Source of the DNA: Gemmatimonadales bacterium | GTDB taxonomy: Bacteria; Gemmatimonadota; Gemmatimonadetes; Gemmatimonadales; GWC2-71-9 | Assembly (NCBI GenBank): GCA_037189525.1 | Contig: JBBCJC010000003.1 | Coordinates: 576,001 to 640,000 of the forward strand | Direction: 5' to 3' | DNA length: 64,000 nucleotides | Shown here: positions 50,889 through 60,400 of the stretch, piece after piece | How the letters are laid out: each line of letters begins with the position of its first letter | How positions within the stretch are numbered: position 1 is the stretch's first letter | Made by a program: the position numbers and the translations under genes | Notes under the pieces: model-generated | Seen by the model: only the letters and a program-made list of their open reading frames with translations | What the model was told of the DNA's origin: nothing | Databases searched by the model: none

Positions 50889-52354
50889 CGGGCGACGAGA
50901 ATCGGACCCGCCCGGGCGGGCGCGAAGCCGGCGACGAAGGGTTCATCCGATCCTCGGGCCGGGGCTTGTTGCTCGCGTTGCATTCGGCGTTACGGTCGCT
51001 CAAGCTGTACCCGGTCGAGAACGCGACCGTGCAAAAGTCACTCGACGAGCTGCAGGCGCAGGCAACGGCGTTCGTTGCCTCGGAACAGGAAATCGAGCTC
51101 CGCCTCTCCGGCGACTTCATGTTCCTGAACGGCGTCCGGTTGCGGCTCGAACTCGACAACTTTGCGGCGTTCAGCGGCGTCGTGTCGATCCTGCGAGCCT
51201 TCGACATCGGGGTCCTGCGAGTTCACGGTGGGATCGAGCGGCGCGAGTGGCTCGCCTTCCTGAGCATCATGCTCCACCTCGCTGCGCAGCCGGCGGACGA
51301 TCGCTACGTCATGCTGCTCGAGCGGATGTCGGGCGCGGCGCTGCCGAACCTCGAACTCGAACCGAGCGCCGAAGCGTCGGAAGACATCGGGGGCGAGCAG
51401 GAGGCCAAGGAAGTCGCCAAACGCACCTACGCGCAGGGCGTGGCCGTTACCAAGGAGGTCGTCAACTCGATCCGAATGGGGCGGACGTCGAGCCTCAAGA
51501 AGGTCAAGCGGGCAGTGCAGATGATCGTCGACCAGGTCCTCAACAACGAGACCTCGATCATCGGCCTGACCACACTCCGCGACTATGACGAATACACCTT
51601 CATGCATTCGGTCAACGTCTGCATCTTTGCCGTGGCCCTGGGGCGAAAGATCGGGTTCAGCAAGCTGCAGCTCTACGATCTGGGCATGACGGCGCTGCTG
51701 CACGACATCGGCAAGGCGCGGGTGCCGATCGAGATCACCAACAAGACGACGGGCCTGGAAGAGTTCGAGTGGCGTGAAATGCAGGCGCATCCCTGGCGCG
51801 GCGCCATGACGTTGTTCAGCCTCCGCGGATATGACGAGATACCGTACCGGCCGATCCTGGTCGCCTACGAGCATCATATGAAGATCGACCTGTCGGGATA
51901 TCCGCGCATCGTTCGGCCGCGGGCGCTCGGTCTCTTCTCGCGGATCGTCGCGGTGGCCGACGGTTTCGATGCCGCCACGACGCGGCGCAGCTACCAGACC
52001 ACGCCGATCGAGCCGGACCAGGTTCTCAAGGAGATGTGGAGCAACCCGCGGCGCGGCTACGACCCGATGATCGTCAAGGCGCTGATCAATCTGATCGGGG
52101 TGTATCCGATCGGGACCTGCGTCATTCTCGATACCTTCGAAGTCGGTATCGTGGCGTCGACCGTGACCGATCGCGATCAGCTGAATCGTCCCGAAGTGCG
52201 GATCGCGATCGACGCCAATGGAGGTGTCGTTCCGCCGCCCGGGCTCGCCGTGGATCTGCAGGACGTCGATGCCGCCGGCAACTTCGTTCGCTCGATCGTG
52301 AAGGTGACGAGTCCTGATCGCTACGGGCTCGTGCCCGGCGACTTCTTCGTCTGA
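50885..52354 (+). CDS. HD-GYP domain phosphodiesterase
   Basis: DEYTFMHSVNV, LLHDIGK, HHMKIDLSGYP and VADGFDA. Confidence 0.88.
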   Translation: MTGDENRTRPGGREAGDEGFIRSSGRGLLLALHSALRSLKLYPVENATVQKSLDELQAQATAFVASEQEIELRLSGDFMFLNGVRLRLELDNFAAFSGVVSILRAFDIGVLRVHGGIERREWLAFLSIMLHLAAQPADDRYVMLLERMSGAALPNLELEPSAEASEDIGGEQEAKEVAKRTYAQGVAVTKEVVNSIRMGRTSSLKKVKRAVQMIVDQVLNNETSIIGLTTLRDYDEYTFMHSVNVCIFAVALGRKIGFSKLQLYDLGMTALLHDIGKARVPIEITNKTTGLEEFEWREMQAHPWRGAMTLFSLRGYDEIPYRPILVAYEHHMKIDLSGYPRIVRPRALGLFSRIVAVADGFDAATTRRSYQTTPIEPDQVLKEMWSNPRRGYDPMIVKALINLIGVYPIGTCVILDTFEVGIVASTVTDRDQLNRPEVRIAIDANGGVVPPPGLAVDLQDVDAAGNFVRSIVKVTSPDRYGLVPGDFFV

Positions 52355-52361
52355 GTAGTCG

Positions 52362-54437
52362 ATGGCCGCCGACATCGAAACGGTCGCGCGCGGATACGCC
52401 AGGGCTCTGGCGTATTTGGGCACTGCCACGGTGGCGGCCATGCTGGTGCTCGATCCGCGCTGGTTCGACGCGCCACTGGTTGCGCTGGCGGTCGCCCTGA
52501 GCTTGTTGGTGCTGCGATCGGCGCCGGTTCGGCTCAGCAAGTTCTCCTATCTGACGCAAACCGGAGTAGCGGCGCTGGTGGCCGCGGTTGCCGCCGCGCC
52601 GTCGACCGCGGTGCTCGGTTTGTTTGCCGGGGTGTTGCTCACCGACTGGGCCGTGCTTCGGAAGACGGCCTGGGCGGCGCTGGTCAACGCGGGGCGGGAA
52701 GTCATTGCCTTTGCAGTGGGTTTCGGCTTCTACGCCCTGGTGCTCGAATCCACCGGGCTCACGGCGATCCACCTCGAGTTCCTCCCCGCCGCCGCGGCGC
52801 TCTGCGCGGCGTACTTCTTTGCCAGCCGGCTCCTGTTCTACTTCTCGCTCCTGCTGCGCAACAAGCTGACGCAGGAGGATCGGTCGTTCCTGCTGCGCTG
52901 GGAAGTGGTCTCGTTCCTGGTGACGGTGCTGGCCACGGCGGTGGTCGTCTGGGCCATTGCCGCGTTGTCACCCATCGGCTGGATTCCCGTTGCGGTTGCC
53001 CTTGGTGTGCTCGGGTATCTGACCCGGTTACTGCTGGAGGAGGCCATTGCGGCCGAGGACCTCAACAAGGTCCATATGATGCAGTCGACCATCACGAGCA
53101 ACGTCAGCCTGCGCCTGTCGTTCGAGCAGTTGGAAGAACTCGCCAATCGCCTCCTCGATTGGGGCGACTTTCGGGTCTATCGAGGCGCCACTGAGCCGGT
53201 GCTCGCATATCGCGCCGAGAACGGTCGACCGGGGCGGCGGGCTCCCGATGCCGGTCTCAATGCGGTGCGGCGGCAGGTGGTCGACACCGGAGAAGCGGCC
53301 ATCATCGACGATACGCGTCAGCGTCCCGGGCTCACCACGTCGCCGGAGATCCGGTCGATCGTGATTCATCCGCTCCGGTTTGCCGATCAGTCGCTTGGCA
53401 CCTTGGAGCTCGAGCACCACAAACGCTATCATTATCGCTCTCGCGACCTTTCGGCCATCGCCGCGATTGCCACGCAGATTTCCACGGCCATCCATATTGC
53501 CGAATTGCGCCGGCCGCTGTTCGATACCGTCGATCAGATCGGCTCGCAGTCACAGGCCCTGGCCCGGGCCGTCAATTCGCTTCGCGCGTCGGCCAATGCG
53601 CTGGCCACGGCGTCCGAGAACATGCGCCGGGAGGCCGCAACCCAGGAAGCGTTTGCCCGGACCGGGCTCGATGCGACCACCCAGCTCTCCTCGCGCGCCG
53701 AGCGGGCAGCCTCGGCCGGCGCCCGGGCGGCGCGGATCAGTCAACGCGCTGCCGGAGACGCCGCCAAGCATCGTTCGGGAATCGAAGAAGCCATCGAACG
53801 CCTGCTCCAGGTGCAGGGCTTCGTCGCCGATAGTTCGCGCCAGGTGGCCTCGCTCGGCGAGACGAACACTCGCATCCAGGGCCTGCTTGACTCGATCCAG
53901 GAACTTGCCGAATTGACCAACCTGATTGCGCTCAATGCCTCGATCGAGGCCACCCGGGCCGGCGACGGCGGGCGCGGGTTTGCCGTCGTGGCCCAGGAAA
54001 TCCAGAAGCTGGCTATCCAGAGCGGTCACACCAGCGAAGAAGCTGGCCGCCTGGTGTCGGATATCGTCCGGAAAACGGCGGGCATCGGCGAGCAGATGGC
54101 TCGCGGGCAGGAACTGGTCGCCGGCGTCGGACAGATGAGCACCGAGGCGGCCCGCGCTCTCGATGCCATCGTCCATGCAACCATCGAGGCCGGTGAGCAT
54201 GCCCGCGCCATTGCCGAATCGGAAGCGGAACAGGAGCAGGGCAGCCGGCGGCTGGCCGATCAGATCCGGCAACTCGCGGAGGCCGCGGTGCGCATGCGCG
54301 GCGAAACGGAGTCGCTGGCGCGCCAGGCTGGCGAAGCGACGCATGGCCAGGCCGACCTCGAGGCCGCGTTGAGCGAACTGCAGCGGGTGGCGGCGGATCT
54401 CAAACAGCTGGCGCGCCATTTCGCGGTGGAGACCTGA
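52362..54437 (+). CDS. Methyl-accepting chemotaxis-like protein with multi-TM and GAF domains
   Basis: About 7 N-terminal TM segments, GAF-like RSIVIHPL...LGTLEL, MCP hairpin [26 protein letters not shown]. Confidence 0.87.
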   Translation: MAADIETVARGYARALAYLGTATVAAMLVLDPRWFDAPLVALAVALSLLVLRSAPVRLSKFSYLTQTGVAALVAAVAAAPSTAVLGLFAGVLLTDWAVLRKTAWAALVNAGREVIAFAVGFGFYALVLESTGLTAIHLEFLPAAAALCAAYFFASRLLFYFSLLLRNKLTQEDRSFLLRWEVVSFLVTVLATAVVVWAIAALSPIGWIPVAVALGVLGYLTRLLLEEAIAAEDLNKVHMMQSTITSNVSLRLSFEQLEELANRLLDWGDFRVYRGATEPVLAYRAENGRPGRRAPDAGLNAVRRQVVDTGEAAIIDDTRQRPGLTTSPEIRSIVIHPLRFADQSLGTLELEHHKRYHYRSRDLSAIAAIATQISTAIHIAELRRPLFDTVDQIGSQSQALARAVNSLRASANALATASENMRREAATQEAFARTGLDATTQLSSRAERAASAGARAARISQRAAGDAAKHRSGIEEAIERLLQVQGFVADSSRQVASLGETNTRIQGLLDSIQELAELTNLIALNASIEATRAGDGGRGFAVVAQEIQKLAIQSGHTSEEAGRLVSDIVRKTAGIGEQMARGQELVAGVGQMSTEAARALDAIVHATIEAGEHARAIAESEAEQEQGSRRLADQIRQLAEAAVRMRGETESLARQAGEATHGQADLEAALSELQRVAADLKQLARHFAVET

Positions 54438-54440
54438 ATC

Positions 54441-55301
54441 GTGGAACTGGTTCGGACCATCGCACAGCTTCGAGACGCGGTCGGCGGATGGCGCGCCCGC
54501 GGCGAACGCGTGGCATTGGTACCGACGATGGGGGCGCTCCACGAGGGGCACCTGGCGCTGGTCGACGCGGCGCGAGGGCGGACCGCCCGGGTGGTGGCGA
54601 GCGTGTTCGTCAACCCGCTCCAATTCGGACCGACCGAAGACCTGGCTCGGTACCCGCGCAACCTCGAACGGGATCGGGCGCTGCTCGAGGAACGTGGCGT
54701 CGACCTGCTTTACGCACCGAGCGTCGAGGAGATGTACCCCGACTCGGTGCAGGTTACCGTCGAACCGGGTGTGCTTGCCACGTATTGGGACGGTGCGGCC
54801 CGTCCCGCGCACTTTGCCGGCGTGCTGACGGTGGTGGCCAAGCTGTTCAATCAAGTCGGCCCCGACGTGGCGGTCTTCGGCCAGAAGGATTTTCAACAGG
54901 TCACCGTGATCGGCCGGATGATTCGGGATCTGAACTGGCCGATCGAACTGATCGTGGCGCCGACGGTTCGCGAAGCCGACGGCCTGGCGCTGAGCAGCCG
55001 GAATGTGTACCTGACACCGGCCGATCGGATCGAAGCCCGCCGCCTCTCTGCCGCGCTCCGCGAGATGCAGCGGGCATGGGAGGCAGGGGAATCCGACCCT
55101 GGACGGCTCGAAGTACTCGGCCGAGGCGTACTCGAGGCGGGCCAGGGGATCGTGGTCGACTATGTCGCGGTGGTAGATCCGGCCACGCTGCAGCAACCGA
55201 AACGTGCCGACCAAGCGTCCGTCGTGCTGATCGCCGCGCGGGTCGGGACCACTCGGCTGATCGACAACGCGGCGTTGGGTCGCCCGCTGGATCGTCTCTG
55301 A
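54441..55301 (+). CDS. panC: Pantoate--beta-alanine ligase
   Basis: PTMGALHEGH, FVNPLQF, FGQKDFQQ, LALSSRN and RLIDN. Confidence 0.96.
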   Translation: MELVRTIAQLRDAVGGWRARGERVALVPTMGALHEGHLALVDAARGRTARVVASVFVNPLQFGPTEDLARYPRNLERDRALLEERGVDLLYAPSVEEMYPDSVQVTVEPGVLATYWDGAARPAHFAGVLTVVAKLFNQVGPDVAVFGQKDFQQVTVIGRMIRDLNWPIELIVAPTVREADGLALSSRNVYLTPADRIEARRLSAALREMQRAWEAGESDPGRLEVLGRGVLEAGQGIVVDYVAVVDPATLQQPKRADQASVVLIAARVGTTRLIDNAALGRPLDRL

Positions 55302-55864
55302 TGTATCACACCGCTACCGATCCGCGTCTTCCTCCCTGGGCTTGCGTCGGCGAACGGCGCCTGGAGCACATTCGGCGAGTCTCGGATCTAGTCGAAAGCT
55401 GGGCCGATGCGATGCGCATCGATCCGGGCGAACGCCTCCGCTGGCTGCGCGCCGTCTGGCTGCATGATGCGCTTCGCGATGCGGACCCGTCGGTTCTGAT
55501 CAACGAAGGTGGAGACGGAGCCGGGGTTCTGTTGCCCGAGGTGCTGCATGGTCCCGCTGCCGCTCATCGGGCCGAGCGGGAGGGTGAGCGCGACCGGGGC
55601 ATTCTCGATGCCGTTCGCTATCACTCGGTCGGCTATGCGGACTGGGAGCTGGTTGGCCGAGTGCTCTATGCGGCGGACTTTCTCGAACCGGGGCGGTCGT
55701 TCGATCGCGCTGAGCGGGCGGCGCTGGCCGAGCGATTCCCGGCCGATCCCGATGGTGTCTTTCGCGAGGTGGTTCGGCGCCGGCTTGCCTACATCGTGCG
55801 CGAGGGTTGGAGCATTCCCGAACCGACCGTCCGTCTCTGGAATCATCTCACCGCATCGGCCTGA
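55301..55864 (+). CDS. HD-domain hydrolase, YqeK (Ap4A hydrolase)-like
   Basis: RLEHIRRV, LHDA, LHGPAAA, YHSVG and ADFLEPGR. Confidence 0.8.
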   Translation: MYHTATDPRLPPWACVGERRLEHIRRVSDLVESWADAMRIDPGERLRWLRAVWLHDALRDADPSVLINEGGDGAGVLLPEVLHGPAAAHRAEREGERDRGILDAVRYHSVGYADWELVGRVLYAADFLEPGRSFDRAERAALAERFPADPDGVFREVVRRRLAYIVREGWSIPEPTVRLWNHLTASA

Positions 55865-56019
55865 TCCTCTCGGTCGCGCTCGCCTCAGTTGCTCGCGTCG
55901 TCCGAGGACAGCAGGACATGGTAGGAGCGCGTGGCGGCTCGGCTTGATCATCTCGGCTGCGCTCGCCTCAGTTGCTCGCGTCGTCCGAGGGTAGCAGGAC
56001 ATGGCGGGAGCGCGTGACG
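55856..56019. repeat. Two tandem copies of an 83-bp intergenic unit
   Basis: Copies start at 55856 and 55939; 9 mismatches over 81 aligned nt; identical 32-nt core GCGCTCGCCTCAGTTGCTCGCGTCGTCCGAGG. Confidence 0.9.
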
Positions 56020-56139
56020 TCGCCAGACCCCCCGGCGACACCAGGGAGGGCCATTGCCCGTAAGGAGAAGTATCGTTCCGGTCTGACGCCTAGTTCCGGG
56101 CAGCCGGGTCCGAACTCACTCGCACTCTCGGGAAAGCTC

Positions 56140-57108
56140 ATGATCCTCCTCGCCGCCGCTCTCACGATGGTGACCGCCGCGACCCCGCAACCCGCCGGAC
56201 CGGTGCTCGTCGTCGTCAACAAGCCTGCCAGCACCGTCTCCGTGGTGGCGCTCACCTCCGGGAAGATTCTGGCGACGCTGCCCACCGGGAACGGACCGCA
56301 TGAGGTGGCTGCCTCCGCCGATGGACGTTGGGCGGTGGTCACCGACTACGGGGCCCAGACGCCCGGTTCGTCGCTCACGGTCGTGGACCTGCGAACCCTG
56401 ACCGTGGCGCGCACGATCCCGCTGCCCGCCAACCCGCGTCCGCACGGGGTCTGGTTCCTTCCCGACAACGTCACGGTCGCGATCTCATCCGAAGCGAGCC
56501 AGTCGGTCGTGCTCGTCGACGCCGCCCGTGGCGCCATCACGCGCACGGTGCCCACCGGGCAGGCGCTGAGCCACATGGTGGCGGTCTCGCGCGACGGGAA
56601 GCGGGGGTATACCGCCAACATCACGCCTGGTACGCTGAGCGCCGTCGATCTCGAGACGCCGGGCGAGCCCAGGGTGCTCAAGGTGGGCACCATGACCGAG
56701 GCGATCAACATCACCCCGGCCAACGATCAGGCCTGGCTGGGCAGCAACAACACCGGCAAAGTGTACGTCGTCGATCTGGCTCGCTGGCAGGTGATCGATT
56801 CGCTGCAGACGAGTGGGTTCCCGTACCGGATCGGCTTCACGCCCGACGGCGCCACCGCGATCGTCACGAATCCGCAGCAGGACGAAGTCCAGGTGATCGA
56901 CGCGAAGACCCGTGCCAAGCTGGCCACCATGCCGGTGAGCGGCGGGCCGATGGGTGTCGCAATCGCGCCGGACGGTTCGGTGGCATGGATCACGCTGGCG
57001 GGCGCGGGCGAGGTGGCCGAGATAGATCTCCGCGCCCACACGGTGCGCCGGCGGTTTGCGGCGGGGGTGGGGCCCGACGGCATCGCGTACGCCGTACCGG
57101 CGCGCTGA
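56140..57108 (+). CDS. Secreted YVTN/YncE-type beta-propeller protein
   Basis: Signal-peptide-like N-terminus; repeated P-x-x-V-x-x-S-x-DG blades (GNGPHEVAASADG, GGPMGVAIAPDG). Confidence 0.85.
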   Translation: MILLAAALTMVTAATPQPAGPVLVVVNKPASTVSVVALTSGKILATLPTGNGPHEVAASADGRWAVVTDYGAQTPGSSLTVVDLRTLTVARTIPLPANPRPHGVWFLPDNVTVAISSEASQSVVLVDAARGAITRTVPTGQALSHMVAVSRDGKRGYTANITPGTLSAVDLETPGEPRVLKVGTMTEAINITPANDQAWLGSNNTGKVYVVDLARWQVIDSLQTSGFPYRIGFTPDGATAIVTNPQQDEVQVIDAKTRAKLATMPVSGGPMGVAIAPDGSVAWITLAGAGEVAEIDLRAHTVRRRFAAGVGPDGIAYAVPAR

Positions 57109-57121
57109 GCTGCAGCCGGAG

Positions 57122-57157
57122 TCCGCCGGCGCCACCGTGTATCGTGGTGCCGGCGGA
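57122..57157. terminator. Hairpin between convergent genes
   Basis: TCCGCCGGCGCCAC / GTGGTGCCGGCGGA 14-bp stem with one G-U pair. Confidence 0.55.
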
Positions 57158-57177
57158 TTCGGAACGAGCGGGATCGG

Positions 57178-57444
57178 CTATCGGAACATCGTGGGGTTGA
57201 TCTCGAGGGTCACTTCCGAGATCCGATCGACCGGGAGCCCTGCGCGCCTGGCGTGCTCCAGAACCGATTTCCGGTCCGGCGCGTCATACTCGCAGTAGAT
57301 CTTTCCCTCCGTATCGGACACATAGCTGCGGATCCATACGACGCCCGGCATCTCGCTGATCACCGCGTTGGATTTTCGCCCGGCTGCTTCGAGTTCCTCG
57401 CGTGTCAGGCTGCCGACGGTCCGTTCGATGATGTAGCGGGTCAT
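57178..57444 (-). CDS. DUF4242 / SCO4226-like small protein
   Basis: YIIER, V-x-W-x-x-SY, KIYCEYDAP, EHARRAGLPVDRISEV; GAGGAGG SD. Confidence 0.8.
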   Translation of the reverse strand: MTRYIIERTVGSLTREELEAAGRKSNAVISEMPGVVWIRSYVSDTEGKIYCEYDAPDRKSVLEHARRAGLPVDRISEVTLEINPTMFR

Positions 57445-57463
57445 GATCCCTCCTCGCTCAGGG

Positions 57464-60400
57464 TCACCAGGTGGAGATACGGCGCAGTCGCTCGCATGCG
57501 ACGGTTAGTTCCGCGTCTTCGGATTCGTTCGCGATCAGCCCTGCCTGTTCCAACCGTTCCGCCGCCTGTTCGGTCCGGCCGTCCATCAGGCCGGTCTTCG
57601 CGAGCGCATGGAGCATCCAGCCCTCGCCGCGGCGGTCGCCGAGGGCGCGGCGGAGTTCGAGCGAGCGGCCATAGCACTCCTCCGCCCGCCGGACATTTCC
57701 TTGTTCGATCAGGACATCGCCGAGCGCGGCGAGCGCATGGGCTTCGAGGAGGCGTTCGCCCGAGCGCTGATTCACCAGGACCGCTTCGTCCAGCCGCTCA
57801 CGGGCCTGGTCCCACCGCTCCATCGCCGAGAGGGTGACGCCGATGCTGTTGAGGATCAGCCCGGTGTGCGCCGGGTCGTCGCCGTCGCGATACACGGCGA
57901 GCGCGCGCTCGTATTGTTCGAGGGCGGCGGCGTATTCCCGCCGGCTCCACTCGAGGATCCCGATCGTGTTGCGCAGCCGTCCTTCGGCAGGCCGGTCGCC
58001 CAGCGCGAGCGCCAGTTCGAGCGCGCTATGGTAGTGCGGCAGTGCGAGCGACGGCTCCGGCAACTGACGGCGGGTATTTCTGCCGAGCCCTTCCAGTGCC
58101 TCCAGTTCGCCGGCCCGATTGCGGACCTGCCGGGAGAGCGCGGCTGCCTTACTCCAGGCGGTCATTGCTCCAGCGCTGTCTCCCAACTGCTCCCGCGCGG
58201 CGGCGACCTTGCCCCAGACCAGGGCTTCATTCTCGGCGTCTTTGAGCTGGGCAAACACGCCGGCTGCCTCGTCCAGACTTCCCGCCGCGGCGCCGGCGCG
58301 TCCCAGGCCGAGCAGGACTTCGCCCTGGATCCGCAGCGACTGGGCCAGCCCGGGGGCGTACTTTGCCTTGCGGGTCAGGTCGACCGCTTCCTGATAGTAT
58401 CGCAGGCTCTCCCCGATGTCGCCGTCGAGCAGGTGGACGTGCGCAACGGAGGTGTAGTGATAGGAGAGTTGGATCGGGAGCCGCTTCTCGAGCGCGGTTT
58501 CGCCCGCGCGATGGAGGCAGGCGAGGGCCAGGGTGCGGTCGCCCCGCTCGCGATGGATGTTGGCCAGGTGGTGCAACGCATAGACCCGCTTGATCGAGAT
58601 CTCGTCCTCGACTGATCCCGCCTCGCCTGCCGTCGCGTCTTCCGAGTAGCCGAGTGCTTCCTCGAGCGCGGCCTGGGCCGATTCGTGCCGACCAAGCGAC
58701 CTGAGGATCGCGCCGAGATTGGTGAGGTCGCCCACCAGGCCGACGATGTCCTGCCGCTGGCGGTCGATCCGGAGGGTCTGCTCGACCAGCGCGAGCGCGT
58801 CCTCGTTCCGCTCCTCGTGCCAGCGCAGCAAGCCGAGGCTCCGGAGCGTGTTACGCTCGCCGACGGGGTCGCTCAGCGCGCGGCGGATTCGGAGGGAGCG
58901 TTCGAGCGCGGCTTCGGCCTCGTCGAACCGGCGGAGCAGGGTGTAGAGATCGCCCTGGCGAAGATATGTCTCGGCCAGCCGATCCTGGTCCCGCTCGGGC
59001 TCGAGCAGCGCGATCAGCTCGTCGATCAGCTGCTGTTGCCGGGCGCGATGGCCCAAGGTTTCGCAGAGGCGTTCCTGACGGAGCAGAAGGTCGATCTGCA
59101 CGTTGCGCCGTTCGGACCCGCGCGGCAGCTTGGCCAGCCAGCGCTGAGTGCGCTCGAGGATCTGGAGCGCTTCGGGAAACTGCGCCAGCTGGCTGGTCCG
59201 TTCCGCGGCGCGGAGCCCGTAGCGGACCGCTTTCTCCCACACCTCGGCGCGGCTGAAGTGGTGCGCCAGCCGCTCCAGATGCTCCTCGGGCTGATGCTCG
59301 TACAGCGTCTCGATGACCGTGCCCACCTTGCCATGCAGCTCGCGCCGCTGGTGCTCCAGCAGGCTGCCGTACGCAACCTCCTGGGTCAGGATGTGCTTGA
59401 ACCGATAGACCGGCTCTCGGCCGCCCCGCGTCTGCTGGATCACACCGGCCGCCGTGAGCGTGTCCAGCGCTGCGGGCACCGACTCCCGCTCGACCGTGGC
59501 GAGATCGAGGACACCGCGGGTGAACTCCCGTCCCACCACCGAGGCGAGACGCAATACGCCCCGCGCGCTTCGATCGATCCGGTCGAGCCGGGCGCGGATT
59601 ACCGCCTGGACGGAGTCGGGAAGGTCGAGCGTCTCGAGCGGTCCTGCCAGCCGCGCAGCAGCGCCGTCTACGCGGATCGAGCCGTCCTCGAGCAGGGCCT
59701 GGCAGATCTCTTCCAGGAAGAAGGGGTTGCCGCCGGTGCGCTCGTGCAGCAGGGCTCCGAGTTCGTCCGGGAAATGGTCGATGCAGAGGAGTGAACGTAG
59801 TAGCGTCGTCGTGGCCTCGGGCTCGAGCGGACGGAGTGCGATTGTGGTATGCAAGCTCGGGTCGCCCAACGCCACGCCGTAGCCCGGCCGGCTGGTGACG
59901 AGTACCAGGATAGGGTAGCCCGAGACCACATCGGCGAGACCTTTCAGCACCGCGTGCGACGCGTCGTCCGCCCAGTGCCAATCCTCGAGGAGCAACACCA
60001 ACGGCCGAGTCGCCGCGCTCGCGGTGAGGAACTCGACCAGGGCGTCCTGCGTGGCAAGCCGAAGCGCGTCGCCCTGGAGGTGCTTGGGCACCGGGTGGCG
60101 GGGGCTCCGAATAGAGAGCAGGTGGAGGTAGAGCGGGAGAAACTCCTCCAGCTCGGCTGCCAGCTCCCGGATTCTCCCAACGGCTTGCTCGGGCGAGACC
60201 TCCGTGTCGCCCAGGCCGATGGCGCTGCGCAGGATGTCGATGAAGGGCAGATAGGCGGCCGCGCTCCCGTACGATTGGCATCGGCCGGTCAGCACGGTCG
60301 CCTCCCGGTCGTCCAGCTGCTGGTGCAGCTCGTAGAGAAGCCGGCTCTTGCCCATGCCCGGCTCGCCCATGATGAGGACGATCTGGCCCTCGCCGCCCTG

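Noticed and set aside
55856..56019. Mini-CRISPR array or HDV-like ribozyme
   Set aside because: The whole unit is duplicated with no unique spacer and no cas genes. I could not build the nested double pseudoknot by eye.
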